Positions 1 through 8,577 of a stretch of DNA of 20,000 bases are shown piece after piece; position 1 is the first letter of the stretch, and each line of letters opens with the position of its first letter. A program made the translations under genes and the position numbers. The notes beneath the pieces were generated by a model. That model worked only from the letters and a program-made list of their open reading frames with translations, did no database searches and was not told the origin of the DNA. This stretch comes from an uncultured virus (IMG/VR IMGVR_UViG_3300046003_003664) (Duplodnaviria > Heunggongvirae > Uroviricota > Caudoviricetes). Location of the stretch: the IMG/VR virus record IMGVR_UViG_3300046003_003664; one strand, written 5' to 3'.

Positions 1-926
1 CAACATCTGGTCAACTTTCAATTCGGTATTCACAGAAATCTATAAATGATTATTTAAATTCTGTTTTGAAAACTGATAATAAAGATTACGTCTCATATGT
101 TGACACTGACTCTAACTATGTGAATATGGCCCCACTTGTTGAAAAGATATTTGGAACTACAAAGATTACACGTGAACAAGGTGAAAAGTTCCTTGATGCA
201 GTTTCAAAGGAAAAACTAGAACCTGCCATCCAAGAGGGTTATGAAAAACTTGCATGGATGATGGGTGCATACCGTAATGCAATGTCCATGAAACGTGAAA
301 AGATTACGGACAAGACTATCTTTATTGCCAAGAAGCGCTATATCATGAATGTTTTAAACTCTGAAGGCGTTCACTATGCAAAACCAAAAATTGCAGTTAC
401 AGGTGTTGAATCTGTTCGGTCTTCTACTCCAGAAGTCTGCCGAAATAAAATGGAAGATGCATTCAAAGTGTTCTTGAACGGAACCGAAACTGATGCACAG
501 GATTTTATTGAAGGTTTCCGTCGTGAATTTTCATCACTTCCCGCCGCAGAAGTTGCTAAGACATCTGGAACCGATGATATCGGCAAATTCATGGACAAGC
601 AAGGTTGGTATACAAAAGGTTGTCCAATTCACGTCCGAGGCGCGATACTTTACAATAAGTATCTTTCCGATAAAGATCTAAATAACAAATATGAAACAAT
701 CAGATCAGGTGATAAAGTAAAATTTGTTTATTTGAAACTTCCCAACCCCGTCCGTGAAAATGTGATTGCATTTCCTGGATATCTTCCAACTGAACTCGGT
801 ATTGACCGATATGTGGATTATGACACACAATTCGATAAGGTATTCTTGAAACCTCTCGAAATCGTGCTGCATGCAATGGGTTGGACTTCCAAAAAAGTTG
901 ACACGCTTGAAAGTTTTTTTGGTTGA
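1..926 (+). CDS. gp43: Family B DNA polymerase (T4 gp43-like), C-terminal part; the gene begins before the window
   Basis: Frame is open from position 3 (TSGQLSIRY...). Contains YVDTDSNY (motif C), KKRY, G-ESVRSSTP, PIHVRG and GDKVKFVYLK-PNP. C-terminus TLESFFG resembles a clamp-binding motif. Confidence 0.97.
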   Translation, partial: TSGQLSIRYSQKSINDYLNSVLKTDNKDYVSYVDTDSNYVNMAPLVEKIFGTTKITREQGEKFLDAVSKEKLEPAIQEGYEKLAWMMGAYRNAMSMKREKITDKTIFIAKKRYIMNVLNSEGVHYAKPKIAVTGVESVRSSTPEVCRNKMEDAFKVFLNGTETDAQDFIEGFRREFSSLPAAEVAKTSGTDDIGKFMDKQGWYTKGCPIHVRGAILYNKYLSDKDLNNKYETIRSGDKVKFVYLKLPNPVRENVIAFPGYLPTELGIDRYVDYDTQFDKVFLKPLEIVLHAMGWTSKKVDTLESFFG

Positions 927-950
927 CATATGCATAACTTGTGTTAAAGT
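917..950 (+). promoter_or_regulatory. Sigma70-like (early/middle) promoter for the accessory block
   Basis: TTGACA (923-928), 16-bp spacer, TG-n-TAAAGT (942-950). Shares TTTTGGTTGAC with the element at 9786. Confidence 0.6.
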
Positions 951-981
951 TATCTAAATAGATTTATTTTAGGAGTAAAGT

Positions 982-1299
982 ATGAAAGAACAAGTCAGGG
1001 ATACTTCAAAAGACTATGATGATATGGTCGATTATGTAGCCGAAGAAAATATCAATAAAGGATCATTAAATGAGTTTCTTGGTGAAACACCAAAAGAATA
1101 TAAACCAGAAGTCAAGAAAAAAGAACGTGATAATGAATTTCCAGAAGATTGGCAGAGACTAATGGTAAACTTTCATTCCGAAAAAGACTATATTGAGTTT
1201 ATGAACAAAATCGGAAGTAAACCTGTTCCGAAATTAAAGGGGTTTATCTATGAAACACCAGGTGAAAAATCAGCATTTTCTGACTTCTTTGGAGATTAA
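982..1299 (+). CDS. Small acidic hypothetical protein, paralog of the next ORF
   Basis: AGGAG RBS at 971-975; 105 aa; W-x6-F-x4-D-x3-F-x4-G pattern shared with 1302-1625; ends FSDFFGD. Confidence 0.8.
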   Translation: MKEQVRDTSKDYDDMVDYVAEENINKGSLNEFLGETPKEYKPEVKKKERDNEFPEDWQRLMVNFHSEKDYIEFMNKIGSKPVPKLKGFIYETPGEKSAFSDFFGD

Positions 1300-1301
1300 A
1301 T

Positions 1302-1625
1302 ATGAGCACATTAATTGAAATTAATACAGTAGAAGAATTACAAAATCACTGGCGCGATCATTATCTTCAATGGTGGGCTGCAGGCATGCCGAGTTTTAGA
1401 CAACCATCCAAAGACCCGTGGAAACAAATTGTAATTAAATTTAAGAATAAAGAAGATCGTGAACATTTTGGACAATTATTCGGATACAAATTGACAGATC
1501 GAACTGATGTGGTATCATATCCAGATAGACCGCGCGATCCAAATATGATGAGTCGATATGTTGAAGAAGGATATGAACAAGATAAAATTGAAGGAATTAG
1601 TGAAGATGACGACACAGATGAATGA
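1302..1625 (+). CDS. Small hypothetical protein associated with the downstream glycosyltransferase
   Basis: GGAG RBS; 107 aa; WxxxGMPxFxQ and F-x4-D-x3-F motifs; overlaps the start of the GT gene. Confidence 0.8.
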   Translation: MSTLIEINTVEELQNHWRDHYLQWWAAGMPSFRQPSKDPWKQIVIKFKNKEDREHFGQLFGYKLTDRTDVVSYPDRPRDPNMMSRYVEEGYEQDKIEGISEDDDTDE

Positions 1626-2562
1626 TAATCCTCGATACCCCATCTATGTGATATCGAAAGGCCGCTGGGAATCAAGACACACAGCAAGAACTCTGGACAA
1701 GATGGGTGTTCCGTATTATCTTGCTGTTGAACCACAAGAATATGATAACTATGTAAATGCAGTGGGCAAAGAAAAAGTTTTGGCTCTACCTTTCAGCAAC
1801 CATGGGCTAGGTTCTGGACCTGCTAGAAATTGGTGTTGGGAACATTCAAAGGCAACTGGTTTCAAGCGGCATTGGCTTATGGATGATAATATGCTCGACT
1901 TCTATCGTCTACATAATAACAAGCGTTACCGCGTAGATAAAGGTTCCGCAATTTTCCGTGCCGCAGAAGATTTTGTTGATCGGTTTGAAAATATTGCACT
2001 TTCAGGTTTTCAATACAAATTCTTTGCAATTGATGATTGTGCATACCCTCCATATATTTTAAATACACGCATAATGTCTTGTTTCCTTATTGATAATGAC
2101 TGCCCTGTAATGTGGCGCGGTAAGTATAATGAAGACGTTGATCTTTCAATTAGAGTTTTGAAAGAAGGTCTTTGCACTATGTTATTCTATTCGTTCCTTT
2201 GTGGGAAACTCCGGACTGGTACGGTTAAAGGTGGTAATACTACCGAAATCTATAACAACTATCAGGAAGATGCATCATATAATAAGTCCAAGATGCTTTA
2301 TGAAATGCATCCAGACTGTGTTGAACTTGTAGAAAAATATGGTAGAGCACACCACCATGTAAACCTTGATAAAATCATAAATAAGTTCGGCCAACCTGCT
2401 AGACAAAATGTTCCAATCTTGAAAAAAGATGTTGACATAGTCAATAAAGTAGATAATTATGGTATGGAATTATACCGTAACTATGGGTCAAATAACACAT
2501 TTTCAGATCCTACATTCAGTTTAAATGAATACCCCAAGGGGAGACTTTCTAATCATGCATAA
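1606..2562 (+). CDS. GT-A fold glycosyltransferase, GREB1/TET-associated (TAGT)-like phage family; candidate DNA-base glycosyltransferase
   Basis: [35 protein letters not shown] (metal-binding acidic pair), [20 protein letters not shown]. Start is more likely ATG 1606 (AAGGA upstream) or 1618 than the track's 1558. Confidence 0.75.
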   Translation: MTTQMNDNPRYPIYVISKGRWESRHTARTLDKMGVPYYLAVEPQEYDNYVNAVGKEKVLALPFSNHGLGSGPARNWCWEHSKATGFKRHWLMDDNMLDFYRLHNNKRYRVDKGSAIFRAAEDFVDRFENIALSGFQYKFFAIDDCAYPPYILNTRIMSCFLIDNDCPVMWRGKYNEDVDLSIRVLKEGLCTMLFYSFLCGKLRTGTVKGGNTTEIYNNYQEDASYNKSKMLYEMHPDCVELVEKYGRAHHHVNLDKIINKFGQPARQNVPILKKDVDIVNKVDNYGMELYRNYGSNNTFSDPTFSLNEYPKGRLSNHA

Positions 2563-3412
2563 TATTCTTGTCACAGGTGGTGCTGGTTTTGTCGGCAGCC
2601 ACCTGTGTGAACGTCTTGTATCACTGGGGCATAATGTTACATCACTTGATAATTATTTTACTGGCTCAAGTGATAATCATATTTCGGGTGTAACTTATAT
2701 TAACGGAAGTACTGAAGATATACTGTCTTTACTTTACAGTGAAACTTTTGAATATGTTTATCACCTTGGTGAATATTCACGAGTAGAACAATCATTTGAT
2801 GATATGGAACTTGTATGGAATTTTAATAAAGTAGGAACATATGAAGTTCTTAAATATGTAAAACAATGTAATGCAAAATTAATTTATGCTGGTTCATCAA
2901 CCAAATTTGCAAAAGTTGATGTTATAAGTCCATATCAATGGTCGAAAGCATCCAATACAGATTTTGTAAATCAATATTGTTCATGGCATTCTATTGACTA
3001 TGCTATTACGTATTTCTATAATGTTTATGGTAAACGTGAAATCAAAGACGGAAAATATGCTACACTTATTGCTAAATACAAGTCATTAATGAAACAAGGC
3101 AAAAAACTTCCTATTGTAATGCCAGGTATCCAACAGAGAAATTTTACACACATTGATGATATTGTCGATGCTTTAATTCTTGTTGGTTTCGGTGGACAAG
3201 GCGACGAATACGGTATTGGAAATCCAAATTCGTATTCAATTCAAGAAGTTGCCGAAATGTTTGGTGGTGAAATTGAATATTTACCAGAACGAAAAGGTAA
3301 TCGCCTAAGTGCAGAGGTTAAGAGTGAAAAAACTATAGAATTGGGGTGGAAACCTCAGAAAGAATTAACTAAATATATCGAATTGTTAAAATATAATGGA
3401 TGGTGTGACTAA
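2555..3412 (+). CDS. NAD-dependent nucleotide-sugar epimerase/dehydratase/decarboxylase (extended SDR)
   Basis: [14 protein letters not shown]ossmann motif, LDNYFTG, YQWSK (YxxxK), [24 protein letters not shown] precedes ATG 2555. Confidence 0.93.
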   Translation: MHNILVTGGAGFVGSHLCERLVSLGHNVTSLDNYFTGSSDNHISGVTYINGSTEDILSLLYSETFEYVYHLGEYSRVEQSFDDMELVWNFNKVGTYEVLKYVKQCNAKLIYAGSSTKFAKVDVISPYQWSKASNTDFVNQYCSWHSIDYAITYFYNVYGKREIKDGKYATLIAKYKSLMKQGKKLPIVMPGIQQRNFTHIDDIVDALILVGFGGQGDEYGIGNPNSYSIQEVAEMFGGEIEYLPERKGNRLSAEVKSEKTIELGWKPQKELTKYIELLKYNGWCD

Positions 3413-3413
3413 T

Positions 3414-4259
3414 ATGAAAAAGTTAAGAATGGCTATTGTGGGGCACGGGTTTGTCGGTGCAGCAGTAGATTATGGGTTTCCGAATGGTAACTGTAATAAA
3501 ACAATCATTGATCCGAAATATGGAACTCAAGTCTCTGATTTAATGGAATCTGATGTTGAAGTGTCATTTGTTTGTGTTCCAACTCCGATGGGGCAAGATG
3601 CAAGCATTGATGCTTCAATTCTAGTTTCTACTGTAACTGATTTGCTTGCATACACGTCTGGTATGATTGTGATTAAATCAACAGTCATTCCGAGTATTGT
3701 CGGTGAACTTGCAAAAGATCCAAGAGTCATTTACAATCCAGAATTTTTGACCGAAAAGTCTGCAAATGAAGATTTTGTCAATCCGATCATGCACGTGTTC
3801 GGTGGAGATTCTGAACAAACAGAAAAACTTGAAAAGATCTACACTAGATATAGTGCATGTAAACCATGTGCTGTTTACCACATGACCGCCGAAGAAGCAA
3901 GTTTTGTCAAATATGGTATGAATTCATTTTTAATGACAAAGGTATTATTTTTCAACCAACTTTTTGATTTAATTGAAAAGAACGGTTCTAATTTTAGTAT
4001 TATACAAAAGGCAATCACTACGGATCCTAGGATAGGCAGTTCACATACTATGGTACCTGGACATGACGGTCGCAAAGGTGCCGCGGGGGCATGTTTTGCA
4101 AAAGACGGACCTGCATTTGTTATGTATGCAAAAAAAGAAAAAAACCACTTTACTATATTAGAAGAAGTTATAAGAACAAATCAAAAATATAGAAATTCTT
4201 ATGGTGAGCCTCTACCAAGAGAGAAAGAACAACATATTAATTTCAATTATGATATCTGA
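3414..4259 (+). CDS. ugd: UDP-glucose/GDP-mannose dehydrogenase family protein (short form lacking the usual C-terminal domain)
   Basis: IVGHGFVG, VCVPTP, IKSTVIP, YNPEFL, VKYGMNSFL, DPRIG, GAAGACFAKD (catalytic Cys motif). Confidence 0.9.
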   Translation: MKKLRMAIVGHGFVGAAVDYGFPNGNCNKTIIDPKYGTQVSDLMESDVEVSFVCVPTPMGQDASIDASILVSTVTDLLAYTSGMIVIKSTVIPSIVGELAKDPRVIYNPEFLTEKSANEDFVNPIMHVFGGDSEQTEKLEKIYTRYSACKPCAVYHMTAEEASFVKYGMNSFLMTKVLFFNQLFDLIEKNGSNFSIIQKAITTDPRIGSSHTMVPGHDGRKGAAGACFAKDGPAFVMYAKKEKNHFTILEEVIRTNQKYRNSYGEPLPREKEQHINFNYDI

Positions 4260-5281
4260 TCTTTCGCAATTACGGAAAAACCTATTTCTCTATAGGTTTT
4301 TCCCACTATATTATTAAAAAAATTAGTTTGCAAGAAAATACTATTCCTATAAACTCTCAATGATATTTTTCTATCACATTTTATGCACCATGTTTTCATT
4401 TTTTCACGAGAAATACCCATATCTATTAAACTTGATGCAGAATCAAATATTCCTATGGGTGTTGAATAAAAATACTTATGTTTATGATGATTTATCCCAG
4501 ACATTTTTTCGGAAATTTTATCTTTAGTTTCATTTGATACTATTTTTCCTTTCTGTGATTTAGACATTTTTTCTCTAGTTTCATCAGACCTTTTTAGACC
4601 AAGTTGCCCCTTTCCTATATTTTCTTTATGAGTTTCCGAAAGTAATCTGCCTGTTAATGCTTTCCTAACTTTTTCTGTGTGCTCACTGCTTTTCTTTTTA
4701 CCTCGTAAACCAGAGGATATATTATTTTTATGAGCTGTTGTTTTGCGTACTCCTTTACTTGTATTTGAAATTTTGTGTTTATGATCATCCTTTAATGATA
4801 TACCTTTTAAAATTGGAATATAATTGCCGTTTAGATAATTGTGATCGTCTATATTTGATTTAAAATATATCTCTGGATTATTTTTGTCATATACAACAAC
4901 TTTATTTTTGTTTCTTTTAGAAATATTTGTTACTGCTTCTACTCTAAGTTTATCGTAAATTCTGGAGTTCATAAATGTTTTTCTCCTGCATTTCATACCC
5001 CATATTGCATCTACACAAGAATAACTTTTTGGATAAGCTTTCCAAAGTAATAAGTGTGCAATAAAATGTTGGCGATGTGTTAAAAATGCTTTATTCCAAG
5101 GATAAATTAAAAATGATTTATATTCTGGAAACATGTCATTTGCTTTCGGGCAAATATGGTGTTTTTCAATATTACCATTATAATTAGTATTTTTAAGTTG
5201 ACATTTTTGAATAAATGTTATATACTTATTCAAATAATGTGAATTGTGCGGCTTACTTGCCAAAATGGAATAAATATCCAT
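4247..5281 (-). mobile_element. Free-standing HNH homing endonuclease with NUMOD3-type DNA-binding repeats
   Basis: EKHHICPK...N...LTHRQHFIAHLLL nuclease motif, followed by repeated basic units (HKHKISNTSKG, HKNNISSGLRG, SEHTEKVRKALTG, SETHKENIGKG, SDETREKMSKSQKG, SNETKDKISEKMSG). Antisense to its neighbours, very AT-rich, AAGGA RBS. Confidence 0.88.
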
Positions 5282-5346
5282 GCTGCGTTCCTTTTAAAAT
5301 TATCAACGTAGAGTAGATGGGACTGGTACTCCGTGATCTACACTAT

Positions 5347-5354
5347 TATTTATA
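5347..5354 (-). promoter_or_regulatory. T4-type late promoter driving the homing endonuclease
   Basis: TATTTATA on + is TATAAATA on -, about 65 nt upstream of the endonuclease ATG. Confidence 0.75.
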
Positions 5355-5399
5355 AAGTTGTTTACCTAAAGACAAATATATCATGAGTGAGGTTTGACT

Positions 5400-5726
5400 A
5401 TGACATCTGAAAATTTCAATAACTTAACACCAGCAGAAACAGAACGGCTTGCTATGCTTGCCGAAGAGTGCGCAGAAGTAATCCAAGTAGTAGGAAAAAT
5501 ACTTCGGCATGGCTATGACAGTAGTAATCCTACAATACCGAAAGAACACGGTGTTTTTATTCCTACCAACTTTGGTGATCTCATCAAAGAGTTAAGAGAC
5601 ATACAAGGTGTTATCTATGGCATGGTTCAAGCACGTGACTTGCCACGTGACTTTCTTGAAAATGAAGAACCAGAAAATGTATGGCAAAAGAAACTAAAAT
5701 GGACTCACCACCAGGATAAAAATTAA
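5400..5726 (+). CDS. MazG-like all-alpha NTP pyrophosphohydrolase
   Basis: LAEECAEVIQVVGKILRHG ... LIKELRDI (ExxE...ExxD). GAGG RBS precedes ATG 5400. Confidence 0.75.
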   Translation: MTSENFNNLTPAETERLAMLAEECAEVIQVVGKILRHGYDSSNPTIPKEHGVFIPTNFGDLIKELRDIQGVIYGMVQARDLPRDFLENEEPENVWQKKLKWTHHQDKN

Positions 5727-6217
5727 TGCCAAAAGTTAATTCAAAATGGGATGCTCGGTTCATGAAATTAGCCCGAGAAATTTCAACATGGTCTAAAGAT
5801 CCAAGCTCAAAGATTGGTGCAGTCATTGTCAATGACGAGCGCAGAATACTTGCCACTGGTTACAACGGGTTTCCAAAAGGTATTGAAGATACCGAAGAGA
5901 GATTAAATGACCGTGAACAAAAGTATCCTAGAATTGTGCACGCAGAAATGAACTCATTGATGCATGCGCTACACAGTGGTGTGTCGGTAAAAGGTGCTAC
6001 AATTTATGTTTATGGACTTCCAGTCTGCCCTGAATGTACAAAATCTATAATTCAAGCTGGTATTAAAAGAGTTGTCATGTCACCAGATCCATATGTCTAT
6101 ATCACACCATGGACAGAAAAGTGGGATAAAGTTTCAAAACAAATGATTGTAGAAGTCGGTGACATTGGCATTACATATACAAATTCAGATAAATTGGATT
6201 GGACAGTGAATGGCTAA
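5726..6217 (+). CDS. cd: dCMP deaminase
   Basis: SKDPSSKIGAVIV, GYNGFP, HAEMN and PVCPEC zinc-deaminase motifs. Confidence 0.93.
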   Translation: MPKVNSKWDARFMKLAREISTWSKDPSSKIGAVIVNDERRILATGYNGFPKGIEDTEERLNDREQKYPRIVHAEMNSLMHALHSGVSVKGATIYVYGLPVCPECTKSIIQAGIKRVVMSPDPYVYITPWTEKWDKVSKQMIVEVGDIGITYTNSDKLDWTVNG

Positions 6218-6857
6218 AAATCTCAAAGATATATACGTCGGTGTGAAAAAAGATGATGAAAATCGGAATGAAAATGATCTTTATCCAACACCGCCAATAG
6301 CAACATATATACTTCAGAAATATGTTGATTTACCGAAGAATATTATTGAACCATGTGCTGGGCGCGGTAATATTTCTATTGAACTAATTCGGAATGGGTT
6401 TAATGTTAAATCATTCGATATGCACGAATATCCAGATCAATTATGTTCTATTCAAACTGGACAAGATGTTTTAACTCTTCCAAAACAAGTTGATTATGAT
6501 GCTTTTGTGACAAATCCACCATATTTTCAGGATTTACCTCGTAAAATAGCAGAAAAGGGTGTGTCCGAATATGCAGTGACCGCTTTATTTGTTCGTTTGA
6601 CATATCTAGAAGGCAAAAAACGAAATAAACTATTTACAAAAAATGTTCCAAGTGATATAATTATCCTCTCGGATCGTATTAGATTTGGAGCCGGGTATCC
6701 TGAAGCTATAAATAAAAATGAGCAACTTGGCGGTATGATTGCATATATGTGGATTATTTGGGATAAACGGAAAGATAATTCATCTACAAAACTTCGTTGG
6801 GTTCTTTTAGAAGATGAATATGATGAATGGAGACAACATTATGAGGATACTAAATGA
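6210..6857 (+). CDS. DNA amino-methyltransferase (N6-adenine or N4-cytosine)
   Basis: DLYPTP, IIEPCAGRGNI (SAM-binding motif I), VTNPPY (catalytic motif IV), RIRF, YMWIIWDK. Confidence 0.85.
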   Translation: MAKNLKDIYVGVKKDDENRNENDLYPTPPIATYILQKYVDLPKNIIEPCAGRGNISIELIRNGFNVKSFDMHEYPDQLCSIQTGQDVLTLPKQVDYDAFVTNPPYFQDLPRKIAEKGVSEYAVTALFVRLTYLEGKKRNKLFTKNVPSDIIILSDRIRFGAGYPEAINKNEQLGGMIAYMWIIWDKRKDNSSTKLRWVLLEDEYDEWRQHYEDTK

Positions 6858-7927
6858 CTAAAATTGTAATGCCTTTCTTAATGAATGATGAAAACGATTT
6901 AGATTCACCAAGAGTTTCTGGCGGACTAGAACGATTCTCGCAGTTTATTTACAAATATGCAAATGCGGAAGTAATTCCGTTCTATTATAACCGAGATGAT
7001 CGCAAAAATAGAACTGTAACGCCAAAGTTACTTGCATTTATACATAACCATAAACCTGACCTTGTTATTTCAAATCAAGATTCGGGAACTATTACAACTA
7101 ATATCCAAAAAATGGTTGATGTACCTATGATGTGGATATCACATACAGCATCTGGTGGTATTTTTAAAATCCCTCAACTTGATATGATGAAAGAGTTTGT
7201 CGACAACGGTGGTACTCTTGCTATGGTTAGTCAATGGCAATATGATGGTATGAATGATCTGTCCAAGAGAGTTCGGAGCAGAGAACTTGAATTAAATGGT
7301 GGTCTAATTAATTCTGCATTCTGCAATGGAGATGAACAAGTTTCTATGCAGATTGATTATGATTGTGTCACCATTGGCAGAGTTGACAAGGAAAAAGATC
7401 CATTTCTTTTACATAAACTTGCAGGTAAGAGTGACTTGAAATCATTGGTTCTTACCTCTGCGTATGAATTACTTCCAGTTCAACAAGAATACCTTGACAA
7501 GAATAACCATTGGGAAAGCCCAAAGGAAACCATGTTTAATCTAAAACACGTCGAAGTTATGGATCACCTATCAAGATCTGGTGTTTATCTTTCCACTTGT
7601 GCCAGAGAGACCTGGGGTATTACTGCACTTGAAGCATTTGCTCGTGGTGTACCAGTAGTTTTATTCAGAATTGGCGCTAATAAAAACAAACACGCTTCTG
7701 AGGATATTGCACCAGGACCAGAGTATTTTGAAGCAATGACTAATAAAACTGAGAAGGACTTCAAATTAGCAGTTGACAAATTACTAAAAGTTGATAGAAT
7801 GGAACTATCACAAAAGACCAAAGAGAAACATTCCAAAGAAAATTGGGTGCAAACTCTTAATAATCTTATTGATAAAGCAATCGAAAATAAAAAGCAACAT
7901 CAGAAACCTGTATCATGGTTTGATTAA
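6854..7927 (+). CDS. GT-B fold glycosyltransferase (GT4-like)
   Basis: N-terminal SGGLERF, IGRVDKEKDP, ETWGITALEAFARGVPVV (E-x7-E motif). Confidence 0.88.
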   Translation: MTKIVMPFLMNDENDLDSPRVSGGLERFSQFIYKYANAEVIPFYYNRDDRKNRTVTPKLLAFIHNHKPDLVISNQDSGTITTNIQKMVDVPMMWISHTASGGIFKIPQLDMMKEFVDNGGTLAMVSQWQYDGMNDLSKRVRSRELELNGGLINSAFCNGDEQVSMQIDYDCVTIGRVDKEKDPFLLHKLAGKSDLKSLVLTSAYELLPVQQEYLDKNNHWESPKETMFNLKHVEVMDHLSRSGVYLSTCARETWGITALEAFARGVPVVLFRIGANKNKHASEDIAPGPEYFEAMTNKTEKDFKLAVDKLLKVDRMELSQKTKEKHSKENWVQTLNNLIDKAIENKKQHQKPVSWFD

Positions 7928-7938
7928 GAAAGTATATT

Positions 7939-8574
7939 ATGAAATTAATCTTTATAGATTTTGAAACAATGGGCGATGATGTGCTCGAACCTTGTGCCGC
8001 AGTAGACATGGCTATACTTGTCGCCGATACGGATAAAATGTTGTCTGACAATCCTTATTCTTGTAGAGACGTTACCCTTTCAAAGAAGTTTAAATTGTCA
8101 GTGAAAGATCAAGTCACGAATTATGGGTTTATTGTCCAAGATACTGCGCTTAAATTTTGGCAAGAAGTATCACCAGAAGCTCGTAAACATGTCAAACCTT
8201 CCCCCGATGATCTTACCGTAGATCAGTTTATCAATCAACTGATTACACATATGAATACAATTGGTAAGTTTGACTATTGGTTCTCACGTGGTAATACTTT
8301 TGATCCAATTATTCTCCAAAGACTATTTAAAGTAGTTGGCAAAACTTACACCTTTAAGGAATATTTCCGATTTAATAGAGTGCAAGATATGCGAACTCAT
8401 ATTAATGCTAAATTGAATAATCCCGTTACTACAAATATTACCCCAATCCAAGACGAAGAATTTTGGAAATCAGTTTTTGTAGAGCACGACAGCGCGTGGG
8501 ATATTCTTGCCGATATGCTGCGGTATCAAACAATCCTTAGACTAGAAAATGATTTAGAACAACCGAAAAGGTGA
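7939..8574 (+). CDS. dexA: DexA-like 3'-5' exonuclease (DEDD)
   Basis: IFIDFETMG, WFSRGNTFDPIIL, QDMRT, HDSAWDILAD. Confidence 0.85.
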   Translation: MKLIFIDFETMGDDVLEPCAAVDMAILVADTDKMLSDNPYSCRDVTLSKKFKLSVKDQVTNYGFIVQDTALKFWQEVSPEARKHVKPSPDDLTVDQFINQLITHMNTIGKFDYWFSRGNTFDPIILQRLFKVVGKTYTFKEYFRFNRVQDMRTHINAKLNNPVTTNITPIQDEEFWKSVFVEHDSAWDILADMLRYQTILRLENDLEQPKR

Positions 8575-8577
8575 TAA

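Noticed and set aside
41..48. TATAAATG inside gp43
   Set aside because: Imperfect late-promoter match inside a coding region of AT-rich DNA. It also means the identical box at 13663 is only tentative.
96..119. Polymerase motif C reads YVDTDS instead of YGDTDS
   Set aside because: The residues before DTDS vary among T4-like polymerases and the catalytic aspartates are intact; no intein or split is visible in this part.
911..937. The same AGT TTT TTT heptamer occurs at the end of gp43
   Set aside because: The -1 frame stops after five more codons (TGG TTG ACA TAT GCA TAA), and the FF is explained by the clamp-binding tail. This shows a T7 run alone is not evidence; the gp26 case rests on its downstream frame.
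1558..1605. Longer ORF-track starts (1558, 2525, 3396, 5394, 9841, 19343)
   Set aside because: Downstream ATGs have better SD placement, smaller overlaps or match family N-termini.
5358..5384. GTTTAC...TATCAT upstream of the first MazG gene as a T4 early promoter
   Set aside because: The spacer is only 13 bp, too short to call.
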